Part shown: piece after piece, positions 13,370-25,010 of the stretch
How positions within the stretch are numbered: the stretch's first letter is position 1
Layout: every line of letters starts with the position of its first letter
DNA from: Felis catus
Taxonomy: Eukaryota
Direction of reading: 5' to 3'
Length of the DNA: 64,000 bases
Assembly: GCF_018350175.1 (NCBI RefSeq)
Contig: NC_058368.1
Coordinates: 12,958,001-13,022,000, forward strand
Notes under the pieces: generated by a model
What the model saw: the letters and a program-made list of their open reading frames with translations, nothing else
Told to the model about the DNA's origin: nothing
Database searches by the model: none
Program-made: the position numbers and the translations under genes

Positions 13370-13585
13370 TGTCATTGTTAACAGACAGGGCTCGGATGCA
13401 GCAAATGGGGACTTGAATCCTACCTCCCCTGCTTTCTAGTAAGTTTTTGACTTCAGAGTCCCGACTTGGCAAATGAGGCTAATAATAGCAGCCATTTCAT
13501 AGGGTTTTGTGAAACAGCCTGAAACTGCTTGAAAGTGCTTAGCATATTGCTTGGCACATTATATGTGTTGAATAAATATTAGCTA
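13370..13585 (+). mobile_element. MIR
   Basis: GCAAATGAGGCTAATAATAG...TGCTTAGCATATTGCTTGGCACAT...AATAAATATTAGCTATT. Confidence 0.8.
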
Positions 13586-14231
13586 TTGATACAAGTTATC
13601 CTAAATGTTAGCTGTTGGTGTCCATTATCCTGGATTTTAGTTTTGTGATCTCTTCTTTCCCTCTCCTGTCATCTTCTAAGATTCTAGAGGACAGGGATCA
13701 TATCTTATTCTACCATTACGGCTCCAGCTCCTACCATCATTACTAGAACAAAGGAAGTGCTCAATCAATAGTTATCCAATGAATGAGGATATTCATTGTA
13801 TTATTTACATTTGTGTCACACTTGAAAATTATTAACTCGAAGGTGATACAGTTGAAGACTGTTTGTAGTGAAGCTCCTTTGTGATCTGTGCAGGAAATGG
13901 GATCTTCCTAAAGGCAGAAAATGTGTGATTTAGGGTTTTAAAATCCTTATTTTATTTTTCCAAGCTTTTGTTGACAATCCTTACTTTAATCAATGTCCAT
14001 TGTTTCTGAATTTAATAAGTGTTTAAAAAAATTAATTTTGCATTAAAAAAATTAACTCATGAGAGTATTTTCTTGTTTCTATGTTATTTTTAAGCAATAC
14101 GGACACATTCAGTAGCATATAAATTTGCTTTTACTTGAATTTTAAGCTTAGTTATAGATAGTTTACTTCAATTAATATAATCAGTCAAACACTTTGGAAC
14201 AATATGACTAGTGATTCATTTTCATATTTCT

Positions 14232-14473
14232 TTTATTTATTTATTTATTTATCTATCTATTTATTTATTTATTTATTTATTTATTTTTGGGACAGAGAGA
14301 GACAGAGCACGAACGGGGGAGGGGCAGAGAGAGAGGGAGACACAGAATCAGAAACAGGCTCCAGGCTCCGAGCCATCAGCCCAGAGCCCGACGCGGGGCT
14401 CGAACTCACGGACCGCGAGATCGTGACCTGGCTGACGTCGGACACTTAACCGACTGCGCCACCCAGGCGCCCC
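14232..14473 (-). mobile_element. Young feline Can-SINE
   Basis: CpG-rich near-consensus body; perfect 16-bp TSD TCATTTTCATATTTCT. Confidence 0.98.
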
Positions 14474-14879
14474 TCATTTTCATATTTCTAAGATATGAGA
14501 TGGTGCTGAACTGACTTAAAAAGGTGTGTGTTTCTTAGTAGTTGAAAGAGCATCAGATTATAAACCTAGAGATCTAGATTCTGCTGTTGGATCTGCATTA
14601 AACAAGCCTTGCCACCTTTGGAAGTCAATTTTCCTTTTATGAACCTCCATTTCATTTCTAAATTTGGCCAGATTGAGCTGGATTTCAGAAAAGATTCTCT
14701 CTGAGTTCCTAAATCCCACGATTTGATATCTTTCTGTTCAGATGATGAGCCAGTGAGCTTCTGGCAAAACAGATTGGTGTGTATATAAATGAAGTGGAGT
14801 AAAATCAGACCTTGATTTCTTTTTTCACTTGTAACACTTTTATTGCAACTCTGGTTTTCTGAGGATGGGGGCAAGATAA

Positions 14880-15115
14880 CAGCTGAAAGCTAATATTTAT
14901 TGAATCCTTATGAAATAAGGCTGAGTGCTTTACATTCATTATCCAATTGGATTCCATTATAACTCAATGGAATGAGTATGATATTACTAGCTGCATCTTG
15001 CATGTGAGGAGGCAAGTTTCAGAGAGGTTGAGTGATTTAGCCAAGGTCACACAGCTTGTAAAGTAGTAGTAACAGGCTGATTATAGAGCCCCATCTTTTA
15101 GCCATTATGCTATAT
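14880..15115 (-). mobile_element. MIR
   Basis: GCAAGTTTCAGAGAGGTTGAGTGATTTAGCCAAGGTCACACAGCTTGTAA. Confidence 0.8.
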
Positions 15116-15233
15116 TGACTACTTCCTATAGAGGGTCTACTATTTGTCAGGCATTGTGGTAGACAATTCACAAGCATTCTTACATTAAATTCTTACAACG
15201 CTCCTGTGGAGCACTTCTCATTAACTTAATATA

Positions 15234-15452
15234 TTTTATTTATTTTAATTTTTTTTTAATGTTTATTTATTTTTGAGAGAGAGAGCATGAGAGGTGGAGG
15301 GACAGAAAGAGAGGGAGACACAGAATCCAAAGCAGGCTCCAGGCTCTGAGCTGTCAGCACAGAGCCCAACACGGAGCTCGAACCCACAGACCGTGAGATC
15401 ATGACCTGCGCCAAAGTTGGACGCTTAACCACCTGAGCCACCCAGGTTCACC
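15234..15452 (-). mobile_element. Feline Can-SINE (no visible TSD)
   Basis: Full SINE body and tail. Confidence 0.95.
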
Positions 15453-15699
15453 AATAGGGCTGTTATGATTATTAGGGACAATATATGTAAAGCATCTAGA
15501 ATAAAATGAAGAGTATAGGAGATACTCAATAAATGATAATTGTAGTTATTTTTATTATTGTTGCATATTGTTTCCCATTTCATTTTAAACTTCTTGATAT
15601 CAGGGAGTATATCTTCCCACAGTGATTTTCAGGTATATATTTTTAAATTTTTAAATGAAAATTAAACTATTTTTAAATGAAATATTGATTATAAGTCCT

Positions 15700-16030
15700 T
15701 TCCACAAATCCTGTGGTTATAAATCCTTTTCACTGATTGAATTGGTCAGGAGAGACTGATTGGAGTTTAGATGAGAACCAATGAGATGAATGGAGGCTCC
15801 AGAATTGGATATGGAAGGGATTGTGTGGAGGAAGAATTTTAAGGATTTGGTGATGAGCTGGAAGTGATGGGGAGGGATGGGAGGGAGTCTCTGGATAACT
15901 GAGCTTTTCAGCTTGAGTGGATGGGTCAGGAAAAATGGGAGAAGGAACAGGGTTGGGGTGGAGAAAGATTTGAATAGTTGGGCTTGACGTATGTTGAGTT
16001 TGAGGTATGTGGTAGGCAGCTCGATCGATG
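15700..16030 (-). mobile_element. L2 fragment
   Basis: AAGGATTTGGTGATGAGCTGGAAG...ATGTTGAGTTTGAGGT. Confidence 0.65.
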
Positions 16031-16850
16031 GATATGAATAGGTGATATAGAGTGGATCTCAGGGGCTCTGAGAGCAGGTACAGGAAGTTCAGACCCTTGA
16101 AAAGTACATTAAGAACAGATTTGCTGAAAACACTAAGAAACTGTCTCTTTATCTCTATTTATATTTTTTCATTTTAACATTGGCCATTAAAGCCTCAAAC
16201 AAAAAGAGCAAATAATGTAGAAATTTCAGGTAGGGAAACAAATGTGGGTTTTTGGCAAGTTTGGGGGTAGTTTTTTAGCCCTAGTTAAATCATAATGTTT
16301 TGGTATGTCATATGAAAACTCTAAGATGTATTTTAGCACAGAATTTCCTCCCATCTCAAATGTATTAGACCCACTTTTCTATTTTGAAGCTAACAGGCAA
16401 TATTTTATTGGTGTTTTTGGCTTTAGAAGCATGTTAAATTTTTTAAAAATGACAAAGTGGAAAATAAAATCTCATCTGATAGTATATAATCTCAGTAATT
16501 GACACAATAGAACAATTGTCTTGTTTCCATATGTAAATAGAATTGTGCATACTCTTCTACTGTTCTTAAAGATTATATCATTTCCTTGTCCTTTTCATGA
16601 AGCTAATAGATTATCTAATTTTATCCTCAGTGCTGAGAACTTCATTTCAGTGTCATTTTCAGGCAAACAACCACGCTGTATTACAACTCTGTGCTTGAAG
16701 ATTTAGCTCCAGGTCTGCTCTCCTCCTCCACAAGACCCACCATTCTAGATCAAGTTCTAGGCCAGGTGGCCAACTTGAAGCCTCAGTGTCTTCGTTAAAG
16801 AACACCTGACAGCCAAAGTACCACTAATTCTTTAAAATCTGCTTCCCCAC

Positions 16851-17015
16851 AACAAGAAGGAAAGAAAGAAAGAAAGAGAGAGAGAAAGAGAAAGAAAAAG
16901 AAAGAAAGAAGGAAGGAAGGAAAGAGAGAAAAAGAAAGAAAGAAAAGGAAGCAAAGAAAGAAAGAAGGAAAGGAAGCAAAGAAAGAAAGAAAGAAGGAAA
17001 GGATGAAAGGAAGAA
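16851..17015. repeat. Compound (GAAA)n/(GGAA)n purine tract
   Basis: Directly visible. Confidence 0.95.
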
Positions 17016-17074
17016 AATTAAATAGAATTAAATAAGCAAGAGTTACATCCATTATATTGAATTTTAGGAACTTC

Positions 17075-17590
17075 TATTTACTTAGTTTCCTGTTGCTGTT
17101 GCACCAAATTATGACAAACTTAATGGCTTAAAAAACAACACAAATGTATTATCTTATAGTTCTAGAATTTATCAGTCCAAAACTAGTATGAACAGGTTAA
17201 AATTTAGGTGTTGGCGGGACTGCCTTCCTTTTTGGAGACTAGAAGAATTTGTTTTCTTGCTTTTTCTAGCCTTTAGAGGCTGCCTGCATTCCTTGGTGTA
17301 TGGTTCTCTCCCATCTTCAGAGCCACCATTATCATGTCAAGTCTTTCTCCTTCTGCATCACTTTGACACTGACTCTTCTTTTCCCTCCTTCTTCCATTTT
17401 TAAGGACCTTGTGATTCCATTAGGCCCACCTGGAAAATCCAGAATAATTTACTAATCCAAGGTCAGCTGATCAGCAAACTTTAATTCTATCTGCTACTTT
17501 CACTCCCCTTTTCCATGGAACATAATATTCACAGGTTTTGGGGATTAGGATGTAGACATTTTAGGGGGTGCTATTATTCTGCCTACTGCA
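17075..17590 (-). mobile_element. MaLR LTR (MLT1D-like)
   Basis: TTAGTTTCCTGTTGCTG...TAAGGACCTTGTGATTCCATTAGGCCCACC...ATTATTCTGCCTACTGCA. Confidence 0.9.
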
Positions 17591-17853
17591 CTGCTTCACC
17601 ATGTTAAACATAACATGGTATGTTAGTGGCATAATCGTAAAATCTGGTATGTTTGTATAAAAGACATCAAGGTTCTAATATAGTTGGATTCTCCGTAATT
17701 GTGCTGAAAGTAACTCAATGCTGAGTTATTTCAGATGTCAGGGGACCATCTGAGACATGGAGTGCTGAACCTCTTAATATAACATGACTGTGTGAGGGAG
17801 GTAGGAAATATTCAGGGAAGACAAATTAGTGAGTCATTGTGTATTACTTTAGG

Positions 17854-18164
17854 CAACACTGTGCATTAGAACTTTCTGAGATGACAGAAATGTTCTCTAT
17901 CTGAACTAATATTGTAGCCATTAGCTACATGTGGATATTGAGCCCCTGAAAGATGGTTAGAGCATCTGGGAAACGGAATTTTTAACTTTACTTAAATCAG
18001 TTTAGGGGTGCATGACTGGCTCAACTGGGGGAGCATGTGATTCTTGATCACAATGTGACGCTTGTCTCAGGATCCTGAGTTCGGACCCTATTATGGGGTG
18101 TAGAGATTACTTAAAAATAAAATCTTAAAAAAATAAAATCCATTTAAATTTCATTAGTCACATA
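17854..18164 (+). mobile_element. MER3 (hAT-Charlie), interrupted by a SINE
   Basis: TAGAACTTTCTGAGATGACAGAAATGTTCT...GTAGCCATTAGCTACATGTGG; resumes at 18141. Confidence 0.8.
18005..18139 (+). mobile_element. Old short carnivore SINE
   Basis: tRNA-like head ending GGTGTAGAGATTACTTAAAAATAAAATCTT. Confidence 0.85.
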
Positions 18165-18286
18165 AGTCAGATCCTGCTGTTTAAATCCCAGTTTGGCCTT
18201 TTATTAGCTTGAGGGCTTTTTTCTAAGGGCAGGTTACTTAGCCTGTTTGAATCTTAGTTTACTTCTGTGTACATCTGGGAAGCTAA

Positions 18287-18984
18287 TTTTTTGTTTTCAT
18301 TTTTTATTTTGAAATAATTTTAGACTCACACAAAGTTGCAAAATTAGCACAGAGAGTTCCTGTGCATCCTCCTTGCTGGCTTCCTCTAATGATAAGATCT
18401 TAGAAAACCATAAGACATTATTAAAATCACATAATTCACGTGGGTAGTATACCATTAACTAAACTGCACACCTAATTCAGATTTTACCCATTTTATACAT
18501 GTAAATGTTTGGGGGAGGATATACAGTTGTGTGAAATTTTATTACATGTGGAGATGTGTGTAATCACCACAATCAGGATATATACCATCACCATAAAGAA
18601 ACTCTATTGTGCTTTCCTTTATAGTTATACCTACTTTCCAATCCTAACTTCTAGCAATACTGGTCTATTTTCCATCACATTTGTTATTTTGAGACTGTTT
18701 TATGAATGGGATAATACAAGATGGCTTTTTTTACTCAGCATACTGCCCTTTGAGATCCATTCAAGTTGTGTGTATCTGTGTTTATTTCTGTTTGTTGCTG
18801 AATAGTATTATATTTTATGGATGTACCAAGTTTGTTTATCCATACACCCACTGAAGAACATTTGGGTTATTTGTAGCTTTTGACTCTTAAAAATGAAACT
18901 GCTATGAATGTTCATGTAGAGGTTTTTGGGAGAACATAAATTTTCATTTCTCTATGATGAATACCCAGGCATGTAATTGATGGA
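18287..18984 (-). mobile_element. Old L1 3' end (L1MC/L1MD-like)
   Basis: TTTTGAAATAATTTTAGACTCACACAAAGTTGC...ATACCCAGG. Confidence 0.85.
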
Positions 18985-19069
18985 GAAAAAGTAACAATAT
19001 TTCTAGGTTTCTGCTGTATTAGATCTAAATAATTTTTACTATAATGAAAATCCTATTATCACTCAATAG
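18980..19069 (+). pseudogene. Inverted duplicate of the GPCR TM7 exon relic
   Basis: 83/95 identical to reverse complement of 22174-22268; reads GEKVTI-SRFLLY*I*IIFTIMKILLSLN; ends AG|GTGATG; strong acceptor CTCACCTCTCCTTCACAG at 19292-19309. Confidence 0.65.
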
Positions 19070-19324
19070 GTGATGTTTTATAGTGGGATTAACTGATTAA
19101 CAACTAAACATGTATCTTAAAATGACCATATAAAAATATCAAAACTATACAAGGTCAGATTAATATTTTTAAATGATCTAGAGGGAAATATGATGAACAT
19201 GAATAGAAATTGAAAGGAACTTACAAATGTGCATGTTAAAATGCATAGTTTCTGTTAGTTTATTTCTCCCACTTTAAACAATGATATAGTTCTCACCTCT
19301 CCTTCACAGTTCATTAAAACATTA

Positions 19325-19426
19325 CATCAAGGGCAACATGATGGACACTTGTGGTGATGGAATTCTTTTGTGTCTTGACTATGGGGGTGGATATATGAAC
19401 CTCAACACATGTAAAATTCTGTGGAA

Positions 19427-19469
<43 letters not shown>

Positions 19470-19670
19470 CATAAGTGCATATAAAACTAGAAAAATATGA
19501 GCAGGTTGAAGGATCATGTCACTGTCAATATGTTGGTTGTGATATTGTACTGTAGGTATGCAAGATATTACCATTGGAGGAAACTGGAACAAGAGTACTC
19601 TAGGTCTTATTTCTTACAATTGCAGAAGAAGCTACAGTTATTTAAAAATAGAAAGTTTATTTTAAAAAAA
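19325..19670 (+). mobile_element. Old L1 3' end (L1MD-like) containing (CA)n
   Basis: CTTGTGGTGATGGAATT...CAAGATATTACCATTGGAGGAAACTGG...TTTCTTACAATTGCA. Confidence 0.85.
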
Positions 19671-19674
19671 CACA

Positions 19675-20868
19675 TCAACCATTTGCTCTATTTCTGGGGC
19701 TTGCCACCAATTCTGTAGGCTTTGTATAATCTTTGAATTTCCAGAGTGTATATGTCTCAGTCAAAAAGCTCAACTGCCTATCCTGAAACTGTTTTTTTGA
19801 GCAACTACACAATAATCTGCATGATCAAAGTATACTGAAAAACCTATGACTCAGAAACATGACATTCTTTCACTTCTTTTGGCTTGCTCTTTTTAAAAAT
19901 ACAGGATAACATCTTAGGGAAAGTCTGTCATTGACCTCTCCCGTTCTTTAGATGCTGTGCTACAGGGTTCCACTTGAATGGGTTCTGCCCTGACCAAAGT
20001 GTGCTTGCTTTGGAGAAATTCTATTTTTACTTGTCTAATAGATAATTCTTTATGTTAGAAAATGAGGTCAAGTAAACACTCAGCCACAGTCCAGAATTAT
20101 AACTACAGATACGGGGAACTGTTTAGAACCTAGACTTATTTAGAACACCTTTTGAAAACCCTAGAATGAAATGACCCAGTTACTCTGGTTTCTGCTTTAT
20201 CTTCAAAGTCACCATTTTCTGAATTGTCCCTGACTGAGAACTATGCTGGATACAAGCTTTATAAGGGTGCCAAGCCTGTTTTGTTCATAAAGAATTTCTT
20301 CTTGCAATTCATTCAGCTGAACCTTATTATTATAGCTGGAGCCTTGCTCACCACGGTGACCATGGCTGGTGCCATCAGATATTAAATCTATTGATCTTGA
20401 GTGTACAGTCCATCTCGAGTTTTCAAATGGCCCATGCAGTCACTTCCCCTGGGGGGAAGCACATCTTAGCTTCTTGTGGGCTTCTCAAGGTTCATCTCGT
20501 TTCTGGGTACAATGTGTTCTTTTGATTTGCTGGTAATTTTGTTACTTCCCATGGACAGATATAAACTAGAGGACAAAAGGAGGGAAAGAAGTCCAAGGAA
20601 TGTAGACTTCTTGCTTTTCAAATCACATTTCTTATGCTTGGTTGCCCTTATACCCAGGACATTTCCTGAATTCTTCTACTCTTACAGTGAGAGCCCACTC
20701 TTTAATTTCTCTCAGGTTGTATTGGGAAGATGGTGGGCTCCTGGAACAGAGAGTGCCTTGTTGAATAGAGCTACCTTCAAGCCTATGGTGAATAATTCCT
20801 ATGAAGCTGATTAGTCTGTCTTGGGCTGCAGCAGTCATTTTGAAGTATGGCAGTGATTAGCTATTACC
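19675..20868 (-). pseudogene. Candidate terminal exon (cytoplasmic tail)
   Basis: Acceptor CTCTAACATAG|G compatible with phase 2 after TM7 exon; 1.2 kb repeat-free; ~76-codon open stretch with KVQLNELQEEILYEQNRLGTLIKL; YICPWE at 20546-20563. Confidence 0.5.
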
Positions 20869-21319
20869 CTATGTTAGAGTAGGAACCTTTACCATACTGT
20901 ATATAATTAAATACTATCATACTATAATATCATACTTGAAAATATAAACATAAAATATATGAAAATAACATATGAAAATATAAACATTTGAGACATCACA
21001 GAAAAAAAAGAAAGCTGGTCTCAGAGTCAGGAGACCTGGGACCAATTCTGGGCTTTATTATTTAATTACTTGCTGACTGTGTTGCTTAACCCTTCTTTGC
21101 CCCAATTTTCTCCTCTGCAGATGGAAATTAACTGTAATTTTGGTAGAATAAACAGAGAATGTTGAGCTGAAGCATACTACTCTTGAGAAAGGAAAAAAAT
21201 AATACTGGAAGTTATGAAAACCTAAGTATAGTTTTAATAGACACTGACAAGAAATCTTTAATATTTGTCAAAATGTCTAGTTCTGGAGACCAAAAGCCTA
21301 ATCTCTTTTCACCTTAGAA

Positions 21320-21836
21320 TTGCCTGAGACACTGTGGGTTGCCTATGCAAGAGCTTTCCTTTTCTTTATTTTTTCCCCCTAGTATAGAGTGTTTGCACAA
21401 TAGTGGTTAAAAAGAAATTTACTTGCTTCCCCAATCTCTCTTGTAGGTAGTACTGGTTATATGTAAGTTCTGGCCTTTGAGGTATAAGGGTAACATCTGG
21501 GTGACATCTGTGAACTAGTTTCTTCCCTTTAAAAAATAAAATAAAAAAGATACGAAGAGAGTGTTCTCAGCTGCTGCATTTTCTTCCTGTATTCGGATAG
21601 TTTTCTGCGACTTTAGAAACCATCTTGTGACCATGTGATGATAAACCCAAGGACAGAAGCCAACATGCTGACCACAACAGAATAGAATCATGGAAGATCT
21701 TGACTGACATAACCATGCACCTAACATGTTAGGACCACTTCTTTTATATTTTGAGAAAATAAAACCTTCTATTAATTAAGCCACTTCCTGTAATATTCTG
21801 TATACTTGCATCTGAAGGCATCCTGACTGACATACA
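21320..21836 (+). mobile_element. MaLR LTR (MLT1J/K-like)
   Basis: GACACTGTGGGTTGCCTA start; CATCTTGTGACCATG; ends GCATCCTGACTGACATACA. Confidence 0.75.
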
Positions 21837-21931
21837 AAAGAGTTTCCCAGGAACACAAATGCAGAGGTCACCATTTATATATAGTGATGGTGATGCTCCA
21901 TGGAGTCGTACAACTTGGTGACCTTGGTCTT

Positions 21932-22166
21932 GGTGAACTCTTACTCATTCTTCCAAGTTTATCTTACAGAGTGCCTTTTCTGAGAAGTCCTTGTATACAG
22001 AGTAATAACTTATAGTTTAACACAACATCTTGTAATTATATTTTGTTATAGAGATAGTTATTTTTATAATACATTGATTTGAGGTTAAATGTCAATGAGT
22101 GTGTCTCAAGCACACGTATACAGCATATACAGTAGGTGCTCACAAACGGTTTCTGGAACAAAAGAA
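21932..22166 (+). mobile_element. L2 3' end
   Basis: CTTACTCATTCTTCCAAG...AGTAGGTGCTCACAAACGG. Confidence 0.6.
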
Positions 22167-22177
22167 ACTTTACTCAC

Positions 22178-22275
22178 CTGTTCAGTGATAATAGAATTTT
22201 CATTATAGTAAAACTTATTCAGGTCTCATATAACAGAAATCTAGAAATAATTGTTATTTTTTCTCCATATGGGGT
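22178..22275 (-). pseudogene. GPCR exon relic: ECL3-TM7
   Basis: TPYGEKITIISRFLLYET*ISFTIMKILLSLN(R); donor CAG|GTGAGT; acceptor TCTCTTTTCTAA (AG apparently mutated to AA); phase 0 to 2. Confidence 0.65.
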
Positions 22276-22401
22276 TTAGAAAAGAGATATAGGCGATGAA
22301 AAATTTATTGATAGTAGATATTTATTTTAGTGAAAATTTGAAATTTATATTTCGGGACCATACTTTCTTCCTCCCAACTCTTACCCTTCCTACCTCTTTA
22401 C

Positions 22402-22655
22402 TTGCAGCTGAAAGATGAAAATGGATTTAGCATATGATAATCCTGAGGCTGCAATGATCTATGACATCTTTGAAAGATGCAGTCGTGTTCACTCTACTGC
22501 TTGATAAGGCAAGAGATTGCATACAGACATTGGGAGAAACATTTAGAAGCCATAAGAACTGAACCAACAGGAAGCTGGGCTACTCTTTAACCCTCAGGTG
22601 GCAAAACTTTACAGCTCAATCACGTGACAGGCTGGGTGATTGTTCAAGAATTTGC
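22402..22655 (-). pseudogene. GPCR exon relic: ECL2-TM5-ICL3-TM6
   Basis: KFLNNHPACHVIEL...CWFSSYGF*MFLPMSVCNL/LA/YQ/SRVNTTASFKDV/IIAASGLSYAKSIFIFQLQ (slashes = frame changes); resembles GABBR1 WLGIFYGYKGLL...LAYETKSVSTEKIND; AATTAG| acceptor, CAA|GTAAAG donor. Confidence 0.65.
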
Positions 22656-23364
22656 CTAATTTAAAATTAATCCATTTATTCATTCAACAAATACCTTTAG
22701 ATAGACTAGTATGTATTACTTTTTTTTTTTTTTTTTTCTGAGTGCTAGAGATATATTGGTAATCAGTATATTCAAGGTCCTTGACTTCCTGGGCCTTAAT
22801 ATATTTATTCACATGTAGATGATAATGGTGATAATGGCCAGTTTTAGGGTCAGGGATAACCCTACAATTTCCTGACAAAAGTCCCGGAGAGTGTTGAGGC
22901 TCACTTTTTAAGCTGGGCATAGTAGGTAGAGTCCTAGTTTTCATTTGAGGGATTGCTAGTGTAATTCTTAGCAATGTGTTACTCTAAATAGAACTGGCAT
23001 GTAGTGAATGATGTTAATTTATGAGTTCAGTGTTCTGGTTAGAGCCTGTACCAATTTTCTGTTTGTGCCCATGATCTGAATACTGTTCGATCCATGTCTA
23101 AAATAATCTAGGAGCTCATGTATGTAGTATAGCTATCCTATATGGGTAGTCCTGCCCAATCTGATAATACCAATAATATAATGTTAATCTGACTTCATCA
23201 GACTGGACATGACTATGTCCCAGAAACCACATAATGGTGATTCAGATGCCATTGCATTGCCCCTGTGCTAATGAAGTGAGCAAGAAATTGTTCAAAATGG
23301 TTTAGCGGATTTTCCCATCATAGTTCCAATCTCTTTTCAGAAAACCTATGAATCTTTGGAACTC

Positions 23365-23600
23365 TAATATTTATTTATCAGTTACTATGTGTCATATGTT
23401 ATAAATAAAATATGTTATATCCTTTAAACTCATTACAAATTGATGAGATAGGTAATACCACTCTGACTTGATGAAACTGAGATTTCAAGAACCTAGGTTA
23501 TTTGTTGAAGGTCACACGGCTTGTAGGTAGGCCAGCTGAGATTCAAACCAGGTCTATGGGACTCCTAAGTTCATTCCTGTTCTTTTTATATCATGCTTTC
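23365..23600 (-). mobile_element. MIR
   Basis: GATGAAACTGAGAT...AAGGTCACACGGCTTGTAGG...GAGATTCAAACCAGGTC. Confidence 0.8.
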
Positions 23601-23876
23601 TTCTAGATATATCAATATGTAAAGTTAACTTAATTTTTAAGTGCAGACACATATCTTAGGGGATGGCATATTATTGTATATCAATCACAAAATTCATGAA
23701 ATAACATTGGCTCTGTTATATGTAAATTTAATTCATACATAAAGTAAAAAACCCTAGAAATTATAATTTTCCACTTTTTGGTCCTTCTAGGTCATGGTCA
23801 TTTAAAAAAAACTGAAGAGTCCACTATGTTTCATGGTTATAAAAAGTTGTAAAGTAAGAATCTTTCACAATCTTAC

Positions 23877-23977
23877 TTGCTAAGTCTGATATTAAATACA
23901 CGACCAAGAATGGCAATGGTAATTTTCAGCATTCAGTATGCATTTGAAATACTGGCAGAATTTCATATGTAGGAACT
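23877..23977 (-). pseudogene. GPCR exon relic: ICL2-TM4
   Basis: FLHMKFCQY/ISNAY*MLKITIAIL/VVYLISDLA vs GABBR2 [46 protein letters not shown]| and GCAA|GTAAGA. Confidence 0.65.
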
Positions 23978-24142
23978 CTAATAATAGAAACAACTCCACC
24001 AACCTTGGTTTTAATGCATTCTTTTTATTCATATGTCAGGTTCCCTAAAGGTTTTATCTTGAAGTGTTAACAGGGAAATTTGTCACCAGTAGAGGACTAA
24101 ATGAAGTCACGAGTCATATAACAAGCAGAACAGACAAGTAAC

Positions 24143-24344
24143 CTTCACTTGGATACTTAAGAAAATACTGGCAGAAACCCTGATATAATCAATTTGCAAA
24201 TAACTTGAAGACAAGAAGGTACTTAGTGGATAATGACTAATGTGTTCTACTTAAAACCAAATCCTTTTAAGCTAATCTAATATGGTAGATCAAGGAGGAA
24301 TGATAGATTTTCTCTGTTGTGATTGCAACAAATCTTTTGATTAT
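24143..24344 (-). pseudogene. GPCR exon relic: ICL1-TM2-TM3
   Basis: IIKRFVAITTEKIYHSSLIYHI...YPLSTFL/CLQVICKLIISGF/ASIFLSIQVK; long poly-Y upstream of CAG|; 3' boundary uncertain. Confidence 0.55.
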
Positions 24345-24529
24345 CTGCATGTTACACCCATCAATGAACAAAAAAGAAAAAAAAAAAGTGACCTGAAGCA
24401 CACAGCTGGCTGGATTATAGTAACTACATAATGTCAAACATCTGGATGAAAATGCCAGATGCTCTTTTTCTGCAATGTCAAATATATTCATATAAACACT
24501 TATATATACACATGTGCATACACACATAC

Positions 24530-24734
24530 CCAGAGTACATGTATTTGGAAATATATGAATTTTTGGCCTTTGTATTATGTTGGAATTTTTGCATCGTATA
24601 GACTTGGCTAAAGTTCTATGTCCCAACCATGAAGGATATGAATATTGTGAGAAGGTTCACAAGAATGCAAGGAACAAAAGACACCAGAAAATACTTTCTT
24701 GGCATAGAAGTTAAAGATATCAGGACAATTCAAT
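24530..24734 (-). pseudogene. GPCR exon relic: stalk-TM1
   Basis: Strong acceptor T-run+CCAG|, donor TGG|GTATGT; D*IVLISLTSMPRKYFLVSFVPCILVNLLTIFISFMVG aligns by eye with GABBR2 [34 protein letters not shown]. Confidence 0.7.
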
Positions 24735-24799
24735 CTGGAAAAAAAAAAAAAGGAAAAAACAAATAAGAGATAATTCAATAACATTATTTGAATATGCAC

Positions 24800-25010
24800 C
24801 TGGTATAAAACAATCAAAACATTTTGGTCAAATGATTATGCAAGCAATTCAAATGAATTAAAAAAAATCTGATGATGCCATCAAGATAGTAATTGACAAA
24901 ATAGTATTGACTGAACATTTACAAATAGTTGAGACATCTTAAATATAGCAATTTGCTGGCCCTTGGAGAGGATTGCCTTGTTGGCAGAGAAATAGGTAGG
25001 TTAATTAGAT
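24800..25010 (-). pseudogene. GPCR exon relic: end of VFT
   Basis: CTAAT branch + TTTTTGTCTTAG|, donor CAG|GTGCAT; PTYFSAN...AIFKMSQL; ends CCA G, giving P-D across the junction. Confidence 0.5.

Noticed and set aside
17590..17810. Plus-strand peptide CFTMLNITWYVSGIIVKSG resembling TM5
   Set aside because: No nucleotide similarity to the minus-strand exon; illustrates over-fitting risk.
22408..22508. Plus-strand acceptor with GC donor
   Set aside because: All frames closed; better explained as the antisense of the TM5-6 exon relic and its purine-rich intron start.
23000..23345. Minus-strand peptides vaguely like GPR158 TM5/TM6
   Set aside because: Redundant with the phase-compatible 22402-22655 exon; no donor; likely chance.
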